A stretch of 64,000 nt of DNA from Lama guanicoe (Eukaryota), in the NCBI GenBank assembly GCA_013239625.1, contig MU053304.1, forward strand, positions 1,054,001 through 1,118,000, in the 5' to 3' direction. The translations under genes were made by a program, and so were the position numbers. The notes under the pieces are model-generated. The model worked only from the letters and a program-made list of their open reading frames with translations, was not told where the DNA came from and did no database searches. Numbering within the stretch: position 1 is the first letter of the stretch; the number at the start of each line of letters is the position of its first letter. This document shows positions 26,250-38,413 of the stretch, one piece after another.

Positions 26250-26333
26250 TCTTTTAAATGGCAGTGCTGGGAGTTGAATCCAGGCCCTTGTGCGTGCTAA
26301 GCATGTGCTGTGCCACTGAGCTATACCCACCCC
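26250..26333 (-). mobile_element. tRNA-Ala-derived SINE (Vic-1-like)
   Basis: Minus strand GGGGTGGGTATAGCTCAGTGGCACAGCACATGCTTAGCACGCACAAGGGCCTGGATTCAACTCCCAGCACTGCCA. Confidence 0.8.
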
Positions 26334-28760
26334 TTCCTGTGTGCCTCTTCTTAATGGCCAGGTGGGAGATGCCCCAGGCTTAGACAAATGTGGCATGTGC
26401 CCCCAGTTCCTGGAGAAACCCAGCCTGGGTAGGTGGAGGATATCCAGATTCTTCTAATGGGAGGTGGAAGCAGATTGGGGTGGCATTTCCCTGGAGGTGA
26501 TGTCTGGACTAATGTCCCCCTTCCCTGCCACAGCAGAGTGATCCCAGGGCCCAAGGCTAGGGATTCCTGCACCAAACTGCCATCAGTCCCCTCACGGGGG
26601 AGGGAGGCCAGGGGAGGCCCAGGTGTTGGAGTCACCTGCAGAGAGCTCCTGGGGTCTGGAACATGGAAGGGCCTGGAACGTGGTAGGGCCTTGAGTCCAC
26701 ACAGGTTGCCCATAGAACTCTGTGCCTAGGAGAGACAGGTACATGTCTCCAGTGAGAACCAAGGGACAGTCCTTAGCGTCCCCAAAAGAAAAGGCAGGAT
26801 GTGCTCCTCTGAGTGGAACACAGAGAGGTCTTAAAAGGTTACTTAGCAGATATTTAATTAAGCTTGAAGAAGTCATAAACTCCGGGCTCCTTCCTGCGTG
26901 TAGTCCAGAAGTTGGGTGTAGTGATGCGGGAATCCAGAGTTAAGCAGTGAGGTTTGAAATTTTGCCAAAGGACCTGGAGGGACAGCAAGCAGATGGGAGG
27001 CTGAACACCCTGAAAGAGCCAGGGTCCGCCCAGCCCAGGCTGTGGGCCGAAGGAGGGGGGAGGATTTGGTCTCCAGTTCCCACCGTGCAGGACTCTGCTC
27101 ATCTCACCGCGTCCCAGTCCAACCCTGGCCCTCCTCTCTCTGCACGAGCCAGGGGTCATGGAAGCCAAGGAGCTGGCTCCCATCCCTTATGGGAGGGTGA
27201 GGGTGAGCCTTGGTGGCAGTTGAGGGGGTCGGGTCACCACCTCCCTCTGCAGGAATGTTCAAGACTCTTTCTGATGGGAACTTGGCCAAGGTCAAAAAGG
27301 AAAGTGAAGAGAGTGACGTCAAAAGCTGTGAAAACATGTGGTCTCGATGACAGAGGACAACATTAATATGAACCCAACACATAGGTCCCCTGCTTTGCTT
27401 GTCTGGGCCGGACGCCCATTCCCCCACGGTGCCCTGGACTTCCCTGTCACAACACTTAGCACACTGTCCAATAACTTCCAGTTTGTTCTATCCCACTAGA
27501 CCGTGGGCTCTGGAAGGGCAGGGTCCGTTTCTTGTTCACCAGTCCCTGCCCAGGGCCAGACACGCTGCAGCCTCTCAGCCCTGCTCTGAAAGCCTGTGTA
27601 TCATATCTTGGTCTAGAGATTAGGTCTACCCAGGCTGGGAGGCTGGCCATGAGGCATGTGAGCTCTCAGAGGGCAAGGCCGTGTCCTGCTCATCTCTGCC
27701 CCCATGCCCCGGACAGGGCCCAGCAAGGCTCAGAACTGACTGTTGAGCGAATGTCTGACATCACCTCCTCACTCACCGCCTGTTTGGTTCCATCTCAGTC
27801 TGTGGCCGGAGTGAGCCGAACGGTGTGCAAAAGAGCTTCTCCTAACAGCTTGGAAAACCATGCTGACACTCTGTGCAGAGGCAGGAGTGGGGGTGGGGGT
27901 GGGTTTCCTCATGGCTCTGGCCCCTGAGGACAGCAGGATGGGGGGTTCTCATCTGCTAAATGCCCACTTGCCCTGAGGAGGGGTGGCCAGGTGGCTGCCC
28001 CACAAAACCGATGGAAGACGGCCCTTCTGAGCCAAGGCATTGAATTCCCCGGGCTCAGGGCCACCCAAGGGGGCTGCTGAGGCTGGGACTTGGTGCAAAT
28101 CACCAAAATACTGTTCTTTCCACCCAGTGCTTGTCCCAGTTCTGGTAAATGTGAGTTTTATTGTCAGCAACAACAGGCGACAGCACAAAGACAGCGGCGG
28201 GAGGAGATCCAACTGGAAACTTTCCTGGACTCAGAGAGACAGTCTCTGCTCAGCAAAGCCTGGCCCTGGAGCCTTGGTGACAGCGGTCTCCTAGGTAACG
28301 GTGGCCAGAACGGGGAGGTCCGGCCCTGCTGGGGTGAGGGTGGGGGTCTCTGGATTCAGCTGGGCAGGCTGTGTAGGGCAGCTCTGCTGTGATGGGTTGG
28401 CCGAGAGGAGAAATGACCCAGTGGGTACCAGGGCTCCATCTGCTCTGCAGGCCGAGGGGGTGGGTGCAGCTCGGGTGGTCAGGGGCTAGGAGGTCCTCAG
28501 TGATACCTGGGAGATGGGGACACTCCTGCAACAGAAGGGATCTCTGCCTTCCAACCCCATATTGCAAGGCCCCCAATCACCACACCTAGGCCTGCCCTGC
28601 CCTCCATGAACAGGGCATTTCTGAACACATAGAGAATCAAGGTATAGCATCTGTTTTGAAATGGGAAGGAAGGACTTTTGCCCCCCAGATACGTTAGATC
28701 GGCCCCATTTCCCAGATTGCATGGTGTTCCATCAGAGCACTGCTGACTGCTGCTGGGGTG

Positions 28761-28859
28761 TTTTTTTTTCTCTCTTTATCCAGTGGAGGAACCGGGGATT
28801 GAACCCACGACCTCCTGTTTGCTAAGCATGCACTCTACCACTGAGCTATACCCTCCCCC
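28761..28859 (-). mobile_element. tRNA-Ala-derived SINE (Vic-1-like)
   Basis: Minus strand GGGGGAGGGTATAGCTCAGTGGTAGAGTGCATGCTTAGCAAACAGGAGGTCGTGGGTTCAATCCCCGGTTCCTCCA plus A-rich tail; intact A and B boxes. Confidence 0.85.
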
Positions 28860-29519
28860 TAAACTGCTTCTAACTGCCAGGATCCAGAGAGGCCTGGGGG
28901 TGTTCCAGGGTGGGTCAGCTGCACCCCTGCTTCCTACAGAAATGACACAGCCTTGGCCCCTGCAGGATCGGCCTCGGTGCTGATCAGCTGCCAGGGCTGC
29001 CCAGGCAGAGGGTGGGGAGTAGAGGGCTGTTCTCTCCTCTTGCAAGCCTGTACTCATGTACTTTCTCTTTCCTGTCTTCCAGAAGCCCTGGGGAGGCCCC
29101 CTGGAGGTTAGCTATAGTTTTACAGTAATAAATTGTCCCTAATTAGTGGGAGCTGGTGCGGAGGGGCTTCATATCAAGAGGGGTGGGCAATGTTAGCATC
29201 TCTCCACAGGATGGGGGATGTGTCCTAACCTGGGGAAGCTGATGGCTTTAATTCCTCCCTAGTGGCACCTAGAGAAGACCTTCAGAAGTGAAGCCCTGAC
29301 CCCCAGGCACTTTGCTGCGTGTCCTGGAGAGGAAGGCTGAGGAGATCTCAGATGAGGACACTAGAGGCAGGGCGGGAGGCAAGAGAGAGGAGGTGTCAGA
29401 AGCAGACACCAAAAGGACTAACAATGGGGAAAATTCTCCACTATCTTCTGGATGTAATGTGTGCTCAGGATTGTCTAATATTAATATTGAATTTGTTTGA
29501 GCCCGGGGCTGTACTTACA

Positions 29520-30400
29520 CATTCTTCGAACTGTTGTGAACTCAACTGAGAGCTTATTTAACCCTATCAGTAACCGAGAGAGAGATATTATTACCTCCAG
29601 TTTACAGAGTGGGGAACTGAGATTTGGAGAGATTAAATGACTTGCTTGAGCTCACTCTGGTAGCTTGCATCCACAGATGGCCCCAAACATCTTCATCCCC
29701 CACTGCACACAAGGGCCACTTCTCTCATCAAGAAGTGGAGCTAATGTTCCCTCCTCTTGAATCTGAGCTGGGCCCAGAACTGCTTGACTGAATAGAATGG
29801 AGAGGAAATGATGTTCTGGGACCGTCAGCCCAGGCATTAAGAATGCTTAGGAGCTTTGGCTTCCTCCAAAGTTTTAGTTTTGGTTCCTTGGAACCCAGCA
29901 TCCATGGTGTGAGGAAGCCCAAGCAGCCAAGTGGAGAGGCCCGTTTGGAAGAGAATCAAGACTCTTGGCCAGTCGGCCCAGCTGAGCTCTGAACTGCTGT
30001 GACACCATCTTAGAAGCAGGTCTTCTTGGCGGGGTGGAAACAGCTCAGTGGTTAAGTGTGTGCTTAGCATGCACGAGGTGCTGGGTTCAATCCCCACTGC
30101 CTCCATTAGGAAAAAATAAAATAAAAAAGAAACAACAACAAAAAACTATTTTTAAAAAAAGTAGATCCTTTTGCCCCCAATAGACAACCCAGCTGATGAC
30201 ACATGGGGAAAAGTCAAGCTGTCCCCACCGAGCCCGGCGCAAATTGTAAAGTCTTGCACAAATACCTGCTGTTTCAAGCCACAAGTTTTGCAGTGTTTAT
30301 TATGCAGCCATCGATAAGCAAAACAATCACACAGCCAGCAAGTGGCAGGAATGGGATTCAAACCCAGGTCCGGTAGTCCGGAGTTCACTCATTGACCACT
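29520..30400. mobile_element. MIR (-) interrupted by an MLT1 LTR (+, about 29656-30324), itself interrupted by a SINE
   Basis: MIR core tttacagagtggggaactgag...aaatgacttgcttgagctcac resumes as acagccagcaagtggcagga.tgggattcaaacccagg after an MLT1 body. Confidence 0.75.
30028..30150 (+). mobile_element. tRNA-Ala-derived SINE (Vic-1-like) inserted into an MLT1 LTR
   Basis: CAGCTCAGTGG...GCTTAGCATGCACGAGGTGCTGGGTTCAATCCCC...CTCCA followed by an A-rich tail. Confidence 0.85.
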
Positions 30401-32999
30401 GTCTCCCAGGGCTGACCTGCCACCACTGATGTGCAGGACATCATCTGCCCCTTCTCCCTGAGATGAGGCTGTGCGAAATTCCTCTTATGTCCAAGATGCA
30501 GGCTGGGCCCTCTCCATTTCCAGGAACTCTGGAACGAGAACCTTCCTCCTCACACAGATCCAGGAACTCCCAGCCCAGCTTGGGGGATGCAGAGAGCTCG
30601 CTTCAGGGTCAGAGTCACTGCTCTGGCTCCTCCTCGGCCACAGAACCAGCTGCGTGGGATGCCCACGGTGGAGCCTGCAAGACCTAAACATCATGCAGAC
30701 CTAAGGCTTGGTCACCTTCCCTCCTTCTCCCGACATCCCCTCTCAGGTGTAGATGAAGAGCTCACAGGCTGAGAGAGAAAGAAGTCAAAGGCAAAGTGAG
30801 GTCGCAGAGAGGGGCCCTGGGTTCTCCTGTCCCTCATCACCTGAGGTTAGCTCCAGGGAGGTGACTTGTTACACCCCTCGGAGATCTGAGCAAAGAGGCT
30901 GGGCGTGCCCACTGGTCAGACATTCCAAAATAAAGGACTTGGAAAGGAGGCGACTCCAAAGCAATCCTGCAACTCTTGCTCATCCCCTACTCCAGGCTGC
31001 TAACTGGACAGAGCATCTCTAAGGAAAGAATGACCAGTGTCCCATGCACCAGACCTCGGCCTTTGCCTAGTGAGAGGGGCTTCCCGGAGAGATTGCTATT
31101 ATGTCCCCTGCTGCTGGGACCGGCAATGCTGAGGACCTGGTGTGTGACAAACACCTGCGGAGGCTAATGGGGGTGGGCTGTGGCTGGAGCTGCCTGCCCG
31201 GGCTCAGAGCTCAGAGGCTGTGCCGGGAATGCCGGTGCTGTGGGAGCAGTGGTGTCAAAAGATGGGCGAAGGTCTCAGAAGCTGGTCTGAGCTACTTAGA
31301 TCCAGGCAGAGAAGGCTGGAGCTGGCGGAGTGCCCACCGGCGGTGAAGTGCAGCAAGAGGTGAGGATGGGGGCTCAAAGGCTCCCACACGTGCCAGATAA
31401 CACACAGCTGGTGGCCTTTCCTGCCTCTTGGCTCCTCCCTGGCCAACACCACCCTCTTCCCCCGTCACCCAGTAGCCTGGTGGGGTGGTGCCAGGGGGTG
31501 TGGCGGGGTCTCCATGGTGGAGCGGGCAGCTCCAGCTTCACATGAACTTTGGAGTCTCCACTGTTTTGCATAACTCCACATTGTAGTGACTGAAATCGGA
31601 TTTTTGTGGCTAAAGTGACCCAAGGAATTTTTATTATCTTGGATTGACCTGAAAAACCAGGAAACCAACCTTAGATTTCATCTGGGGTTGGAAAGAGAAC
31701 TGATCCCACAGAGCATGTTTGAAAAGCAAGTGGGAAGAGAGAATAAAGTGGTTTTCTGATTCTACCCACTGGGCTCTCTTGCTCAGTAAAACTGTTACAC
31801 AAACAAGGAAGAATTCTGGCTAGTTTAGCCAGAAAGGGGTTTATTGACAGGACACTGGGTGCTCAGAGAATCACTGACGGGCTGGAGAAGCAGCTCCAGC
31901 ACCTGAATGGTGACGAAGGGAACCACGGAGAGGATGCCACCCCCTCCCTCTGCTCACAGGACTCTGGGTGACAAGGTCTTCACACGTTTCTAGAAATTAC
32001 AACAGGAGGCAGCCACTGTCTCCCGTCAAAGCTCTGTTGGTGGGGGAAGACCCCAAATACAGGCACATGATTCAGATGCTGGGCCCTGGAGGAGGGGGAG
32101 GGGGCTAAAAAAAGAGTGAAGCCTTAATTGATCGCTCTTCAAACGGAAGTAACAGCTGCGTTTATCCCCACGTTATTGTGATTACATTTTCTGCCACCAG
32201 GCTAAATGGGGACTTGAAAACTAGATTATTGTAGAAAAACAAAGATACTTCTTTGCACGCCTGAATTTACAGCTATGAGATTCATACTCACCCCAGAGAC
32301 AATGCAAGAAATGAACAGACATGAGCAAAGCAAATCAATGAAAGCCCCTGGCATGTGCTTGAACATAGTGGGTCTCTGCTCCATGAGTCTTGGACAAGGA
32401 GGCTGGTCAAAGTCATGGTCCTCCCTCTCTCCCCACCCCTCTCCCCCATTATCTCACTGCTGCCCCATTAGGGGCAGAGCCTTCACTCTTGTGGGGCCAG
32501 ACAGGGCACGTTAGCTCTCTGTCTCACAGATGGGAGGCTGACTCTGGACGCTGGGCCACTGGAACGTGTGCAGCACACAGCAAGGGCCGGGAGATGCAGC
32601 GGTGGGCGGCAGGGTCCGGGCCTCACTGGTGCTCTGGATCCACCCTCTTGGGACAGCACCATCCCAAGCCCTGGACTCCAAGCCTCCCTTCTAGCCCCCA
32701 GTCTCCCTCAGAAGACTCAGCCCCAGGAGGGCCATAGGCTCTAATGCACTGTGACATGTCCTCTGGCGCATGGAAGACGTACCTCGTGTCCCGTTGCATT
32801 TTACCCACCCACCACCATTCCTCCTTGCCATCCTCCATCCTCAGATGAATTCCCAGGAAGCCTACCCTGGCTGCTGTTTGGGCTCTCTCTCCGCTGGGCC
32901 CCATGCTGCCGGGCCACATGCAAACCAATGTTCTTAAAGCTGGAAAAGACTTAGTCTTTTCAGAATGATTTATTCCAAACTCTTCACTTTATGCAGGAT

Positions 33000-33213
33000 C
33001 AGCTATATAAAATACATAACCAACAAGGACCTACTGTATAGCACAGGGAACCATACTCAATATCTTGAAGTAATAACCTATAATGGAAAAGAAGCTGAAA
33101 AAGAATACACAGATACATTGTATATGTGTATGTATACCTGAATCACTTTGCTCTGCAACTGAAACTAGGACAACATTGTAAATCAACCATACTTCAATAA
33201 AAGAAAAAAAAAA
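33000..33213 (+). mobile_element. L1 3' end (cetartiodactyl-type) with poly(A)
   Basis: aacaaggacctactgtatagcacagggaac...gaatcactttgct...aacattgtaaatcaaccatacttcAATAAA followed by an A tail. Confidence 0.85.
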
Positions 33214-33831
33214 GCACATGTTGGAACCCAAAGACAGTGTTAGTCCACCACAGCTATACAGGCACACCGGGGATCAGTGCAGAGTCTAGACCCCCAGGCC
33301 TCCAAACACCAGCCTCCTTTCTTCCTCCGGGGACACTGCATACACGGCCTCAGGTATCTGCCTCGTAGGTGCTATGCTTCCCCACAAGGGCATGTCCCTT
33401 GGGGATGGGCTCTTTCTCCTCCGGTGGGCAGCAGGTGGTGCCCAGAGCTCACCAAGCATCCCTGGGGTGGGCAGAAGCCGGTCCAACATTCCCTCCCATT
33501 TATTGATGCTCTGAGGTCTCTGATAAGTAAGACTCTAGCACCAGTGGGTGGTAACTCCTTCAGGCAGAAGGCTGAGAACGGTTACCATGGAGACCGCCCA
33601 GGCTCTGGTTTCCATAGCAACACTTGCAAGAGGTTACAGAGCTTCCTACTTATGTCAACTTAACATTTCCAACTGCTCTATGCTTCAGGCTAAACCTGGG
33701 CTTAATACGGGGCTCCTTTCTAGGATGGGTGATAGACCTCAAGGGCCAGAGAGGAAACGGGTGAAACTCTGTGCTGTTAGCTGACAACGAGGGCATCTCC
33801 TCAGCTATCAGGCCCTCCTCCAATCTGACTG

Positions 33832-33868
<37 letters not shown>
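33832..33868. repeat. Compound (TA)n(GA)n microsatellite
   Basis: tatatatatata followed by an (AG)n run. Confidence 0.9.
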
Positions 33869-34379
33869 GGACACATTTCAATTATAAAAAGAGCACATGG
33901 TGTGGAAGGAGGCACAGCTCTCTGTCATCCCTGCTTTCCAGAGGTGATTGACGTTACAAGGTTCCGAGTGCCCTTCCAGGAGCAGTATAAACACATCCAT
34001 AGAGCTATCTTTTTTAAAAGTCACAAATGGTGTACGCATATGTGTATATATCTTGCTCTGCCACCTGCTTTACCCTAATTATAGATCTTGGAGAACTTTA
34101 CACATCAGCACAAATAGATCTACCTCTGTCTTTGTAGTGGCAACAAAATCTTGCACTTTTATAAACTAAGTCTTCAATTGAACATCTCTTGTTTTCGGTT
34201 TCTTCCTATTACAACAATAAATGGCCTCGTACATATATTTCTGTATACTTGTTTGAGGCTATCCACAGGATAAATTTCCTTGGTGTGAAATTGCTGGGTC
34301 AAACACATTATGTTTTAAAAATTGAAATTTTAAAATCTGATTCTTGTCAAACCAATTTACTGCCACTATTGACACAAGA

Positions 34380-36340
34380 AGGCTTATACACACTTGAGAA
34401 GACTGTATTATTAAACTTACACAAAACAAAACTGCAAAACCAATCTCTCTAATTCATTCTATGAGACCAGCAAAACTTTAACACAAAAACCTGACAAGGA
34501 CACTATGAGAAAGGAAAATTACAGGTCAATTTTACTAATAAACATATATTTAAAACTCCTAGATAAACTATGGAAGGAACAAAATCTATTTATAATCAAT
34601 GCAATTGTTTATACAGAAAACACAAAAGAATCCTTGGCTAATTTCTTAGAGTAAGAAAGACCACTTGGCAAGTTTGCTGAATCAGTAGTCAAAAACTAGT
34701 TACATTTCTACACACTAGCAACAAAGTTATAATTATTAATTCTAATAACAATATAAAAGACGTAGGGATCAATCAAATGAAAGGTGTGCAAGACTTCTAC
34801 TGAGAGAAGTATGAACTTATATTGGAAGATATTAAAAATCCAAATAAGTTTTTAAAATACCATGTTCATGGATAAGGACATATATTTATAACAATTTTTA
34901 ATTATATTAGAAATTAGAGTAATTTTCAATTCTTCCCAAGTGGATCTATAGATTTAAAACAAGTCCAATAAAAACCTCAACAAATGTTTCATAGAACTTG
35001 ATAAATTATTTCTAAAATGCATATGAAAACAAAGGGCCAAGAACAGTCATGGCATTGCTGCAGAAAGTCAAGGTAGGACTCTTGCACTGTCAGGTGTGTA
35101 AGTCTCGTTTTAAGTGTGGTTGTGACTCAAAAATAGACCCAGTAAGACTAGAAAGCCCAGAAACAGACCTTATACATACGGAAATTCAATCATTGCAGAC
35201 ACACACTGCACACCACAAACAGAACCAATGGTTATCCCTACCTCACACCATGTCAGGGGATAAAAAGGGACTTTAAAATGTAATGTACAAAACTTTAAAA
35301 GGAATGGAAGAAAACATAAGATAATCTCTCTTCATTCTTGGTATAGGAAGGATTTCGGAAACAGGATGCAAAAATCCCTAACCATAAAGGAAGAGGGATA
35401 CGTTTGACTACATTAAAATCAATAATTTCTGCTCATTAAAGAGAATACAAAGAAAGTGAGAAGACAAGCCACAAACTTAGCTAAGAGATTTGCACACATC
35501 AATTACAAAATACATAAAGACTATATAAAATATATAAAGAACTCCTGTAAGTCAATAAAAAAAAAATGAAGCATCTAATAGAAAAATAGGCCAAAGATCA
35601 CAAATAGACATGTCATATGAAAAGTCCAACACACGTATGAAACTCAACCCAATTTCCTAGTAATCAGGTAAATGAAAATTAAAACCAAAATGAAATACCA
35701 TTTACTCTCAATCCATTGCCAAAAAATCCCAAGGGTTATTAATGTTAAGTGTTGGTAAGAACTTGGAACAGGGGGAATGTCTCTGCAGCACAGGTGGGAA
35801 TGTAAATTGGTTCAACTCTTTATAAGAAACAATCTGGTAGAATTTTGTGAGTTAAACATTTGCATACTGAGTGACCCATTGGTTCCCTTTTAAGGTGTAT
35901 ATGATAGGGAAACCCTTGCACGGGTGACCAGAAGCTTTGTAAAAGAAATGTCTACCAAAGCATTTTTCTTATAGTAAAAAATCAGAAAGATCCCAAATAT
36001 TCATTGTTAGGAGAAGAGGTAATTAAACTGTGTATCTACTTAATAGCCTGATACACTGCAGTTCAAATGAATTAAATACTACAGGCACCAATGTGGAAGA
36101 ATCTTAGAAATATAAGGTTGGGGAGGAAAAACAAATCAGGGAATAATGCATGTGTTTTATTAGTACTTTTATGATGGTCAAATCCAAGCAAAATTGCATG
36201 AGGGGTTCATAGAGCTGTGGTAGAGTTATAACACAAAGCACAGAAACTCAGGACAGGAGTTAATTCATATAAGGAGATTGGCTAATATACGGAATGTTGA
36301 TATATTTTCATGATTGTCTTTGGATCTAAAAATAGATGTA
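34380..36340 (+). mobile_element. Decayed L1M (ORF2-to-3'UTR remnants)
   Basis: A-rich; aattcattctatgagaccagc, gaaagcccagaaacagacc, tttgactacattaaaat, aaatgaaaattaaaacc...gaaatacca; many stops and deletions. Confidence 0.8.
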
Positions 36341-36404
36341 GCCTTTAATGTCCCTCAGAGGACATAGAAGTGGAAGCACTGATGGAAAGTAGAGGCTGGG
36401 ATGA

Positions 36405-36851
36405 TGTAGGAGCCTCCAAACATGGGAGCCAACAAATCCTTGCATCCCTGAGCATGTAAGCTTCTCCCCACATCCAGAGGTGGTCCACTTCCCTTCCACT
36501 TAAATAGGGGCTAGTTTTGTGACTTGCTTTGACCAATAATGCACGGAAGTAATGTTCTGGAACTTCAGATTCCAGGCTTTAAAAAACAGGCAGCTTCAGC
36601 TTCCCCTCTTGGAGTTCAGGTGCCAAGCTGTAAGGAAGAACCAGGGTATTGACTGGCACCTGTTCCAAGCCATATCCTGGAAGGAAGGGGCCATTCTGGA
36701 TGTGCCAGCTCAGCCAAGCTCCCAGTTGAATGCAAAGCAGGAGAGAGCAGGTAGCCCATGAGGGCTGACATCAGTTAGCGTGGAACTCAGCCATCCCTGC
36801 AGAATTAAGTTCTGGGGAGCTCTGTTACACGGCAGCAAGGGGAGTGGTACA
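36405..36851 (+). mobile_element. MaLR LTR (older MLT1 subfamily)
   Basis: cacatccagaggtgg...gtgacttgctttgaccaata...ttctggaacttc...ctgttacacggcagc. Confidence 0.65.
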
Positions 36852-36859
36852 TGTGAAGA

Positions 36860-37870
36860 ATTCAGTGATACTGGCAGTCTTCTGTTTCATTAGTCGGCTG
36901 TCGGGTTCCAGATACACACTGGTCGTGCCTCATAGCTTACAAGCTAGTGATTGATGTACAGTATTCTGTACGTATTAAATGTTTCACAATATAAAATACG
37001 AAAAAACCTCTAGCTTATGCAGATTGTATCTACCTAGTTTTGATTTGTGTTTTCTATGTAACCGTGATTAAACATCTTTTCATGCTTAAGCAGTGTTCCA
37101 TTTGAATTTCTCTGTGAACTGCGTGCTCATATTCTTTGCCGCTTTATCTATTGGGTTGTTCATTTTTTTTTTATCGATTTTTAATAACTTTCATACTAAG
37201 AAAAATAGCCCTTTTATGTCCTGTGTTTATAATCTCTCTCTCGGTTTGCCACTTACAAAACGTTTAACTTTGTGGTATATTCTGCTGTCTATAAATTCTA
37301 GTTTTTCATACTTCAAGTGATTACTGGTAGGTATCAAGCTTAAAGATTATCTCCTCCAAGATGCTCTTTTAAAGCATCTCTTCTCAAGTACTTTTATGGT
37401 TTCATTTCATACTTAAAAGCTTTGATCCACCCAGAATTAATTTTGTTACAGGGACATAGGATCGAGGTTAATTTTTTGTCAAAATGGCTAGCCAGTCATG
37501 CAATTAAAAAGAACCCACATGTCCCCCACTGACCTGAATTTCCTTGTATTTAAGTCAGCCTCTGAGCCCCCACATTGTTCTCCACTGACCTCGTCCTTCG
37601 CTACACCAAACTCTTTAATTACAGTATTTTATGTTTAGTATCTGGAGACAGTTCCTCCCCCTTTTCAGGATTCACCTGGCTGCTCCCGCTGTTTACTTTG
37701 CCCTAAGAACTTAATGTGTCAGTTAAAAAACAAATCCTGTCGGCATTTTAATTGTGACTGCCTTGCATTTAGGTTGGCAAATGTAACAAAACCCTACGTC
37801 TTTGCAAGACTCTAGATCTGAGAACAAGGTGTATCTGCACTAACTTGTTGGATCTTTTGTGTCCCTCGCA
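36860..37870 (-). mobile_element. Decayed antisense L1M fragment
   Basis: tctgtgaactgcgtgctcatattctttgcc...tctattgggttg; tttgatccacccagaattaattttg. Confidence 0.6.
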
Positions 37871-38413
37871 GGATTACTGAGCCTGTGAGCCAAGGGTGTA
37901 GGCACTCATCCTTGTCCCCAGGGCGGGACCCAGGTCCTACCTCTGTGGTCCACTCAACCAAGCCTCCGGGCAACTCCCACCCCCTCCTTCTCTGCAGAAT
38001 GTGACCCCGTGACTCATGCCAAACCTCAGCTCAGCTCCACCAAGATAGTTACTAATTGCCCAGCAATTGTGGAGAACATGACACCGTCCTTCTGCTTAAG
38101 GACAAGCAATAATGATGTCATCTTCCGTGTAGAACTGAAGGGGTGGTTTATAGGCGCTTAAAAGCAGCACGACCTTGGGCAAGTTGCTTCAGCTCTTCCG
38201 CCTTTTCCTCCTCCCCTCGCCTGTAAAATGCACATCTACCTGGACTGAGGGGAGAATGAAGGGGACATCTTGGTTCCTTGGCTGAACCAGGAGCAAGCCC
38301 ACCTCTTTAGGGGCCAGACGGCAAGGCCTGTGAGCTTCTCCTGCCTGCCTGCCTCCCCCACCACGCCCACCTGCCCCTGTGACCCCAGGGATGTCTGCCC
38401 AGCCTGCAGATGG

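Noticed and set aside
19124..27321. Isolated CRE palindromes TGACGTCA (19124 and 27314)
   Set aside because: One or two 8-mers are expected by chance in 64 kb, and there is no promoter context.
28784..28859. Possible tRNA-Ala(AGC) gene (likewise 23833, 26260 and 30028)
   Set aside because: Extra 5' bases, stem mismatches, A-rich tails and, for at least one copy, target-site duplications indicate SINEs.
34380..36340. Active or domesticated L1 ORF2
   Set aside because: Fragmented by stops and deletions; the longest ORF is under 90 aa.
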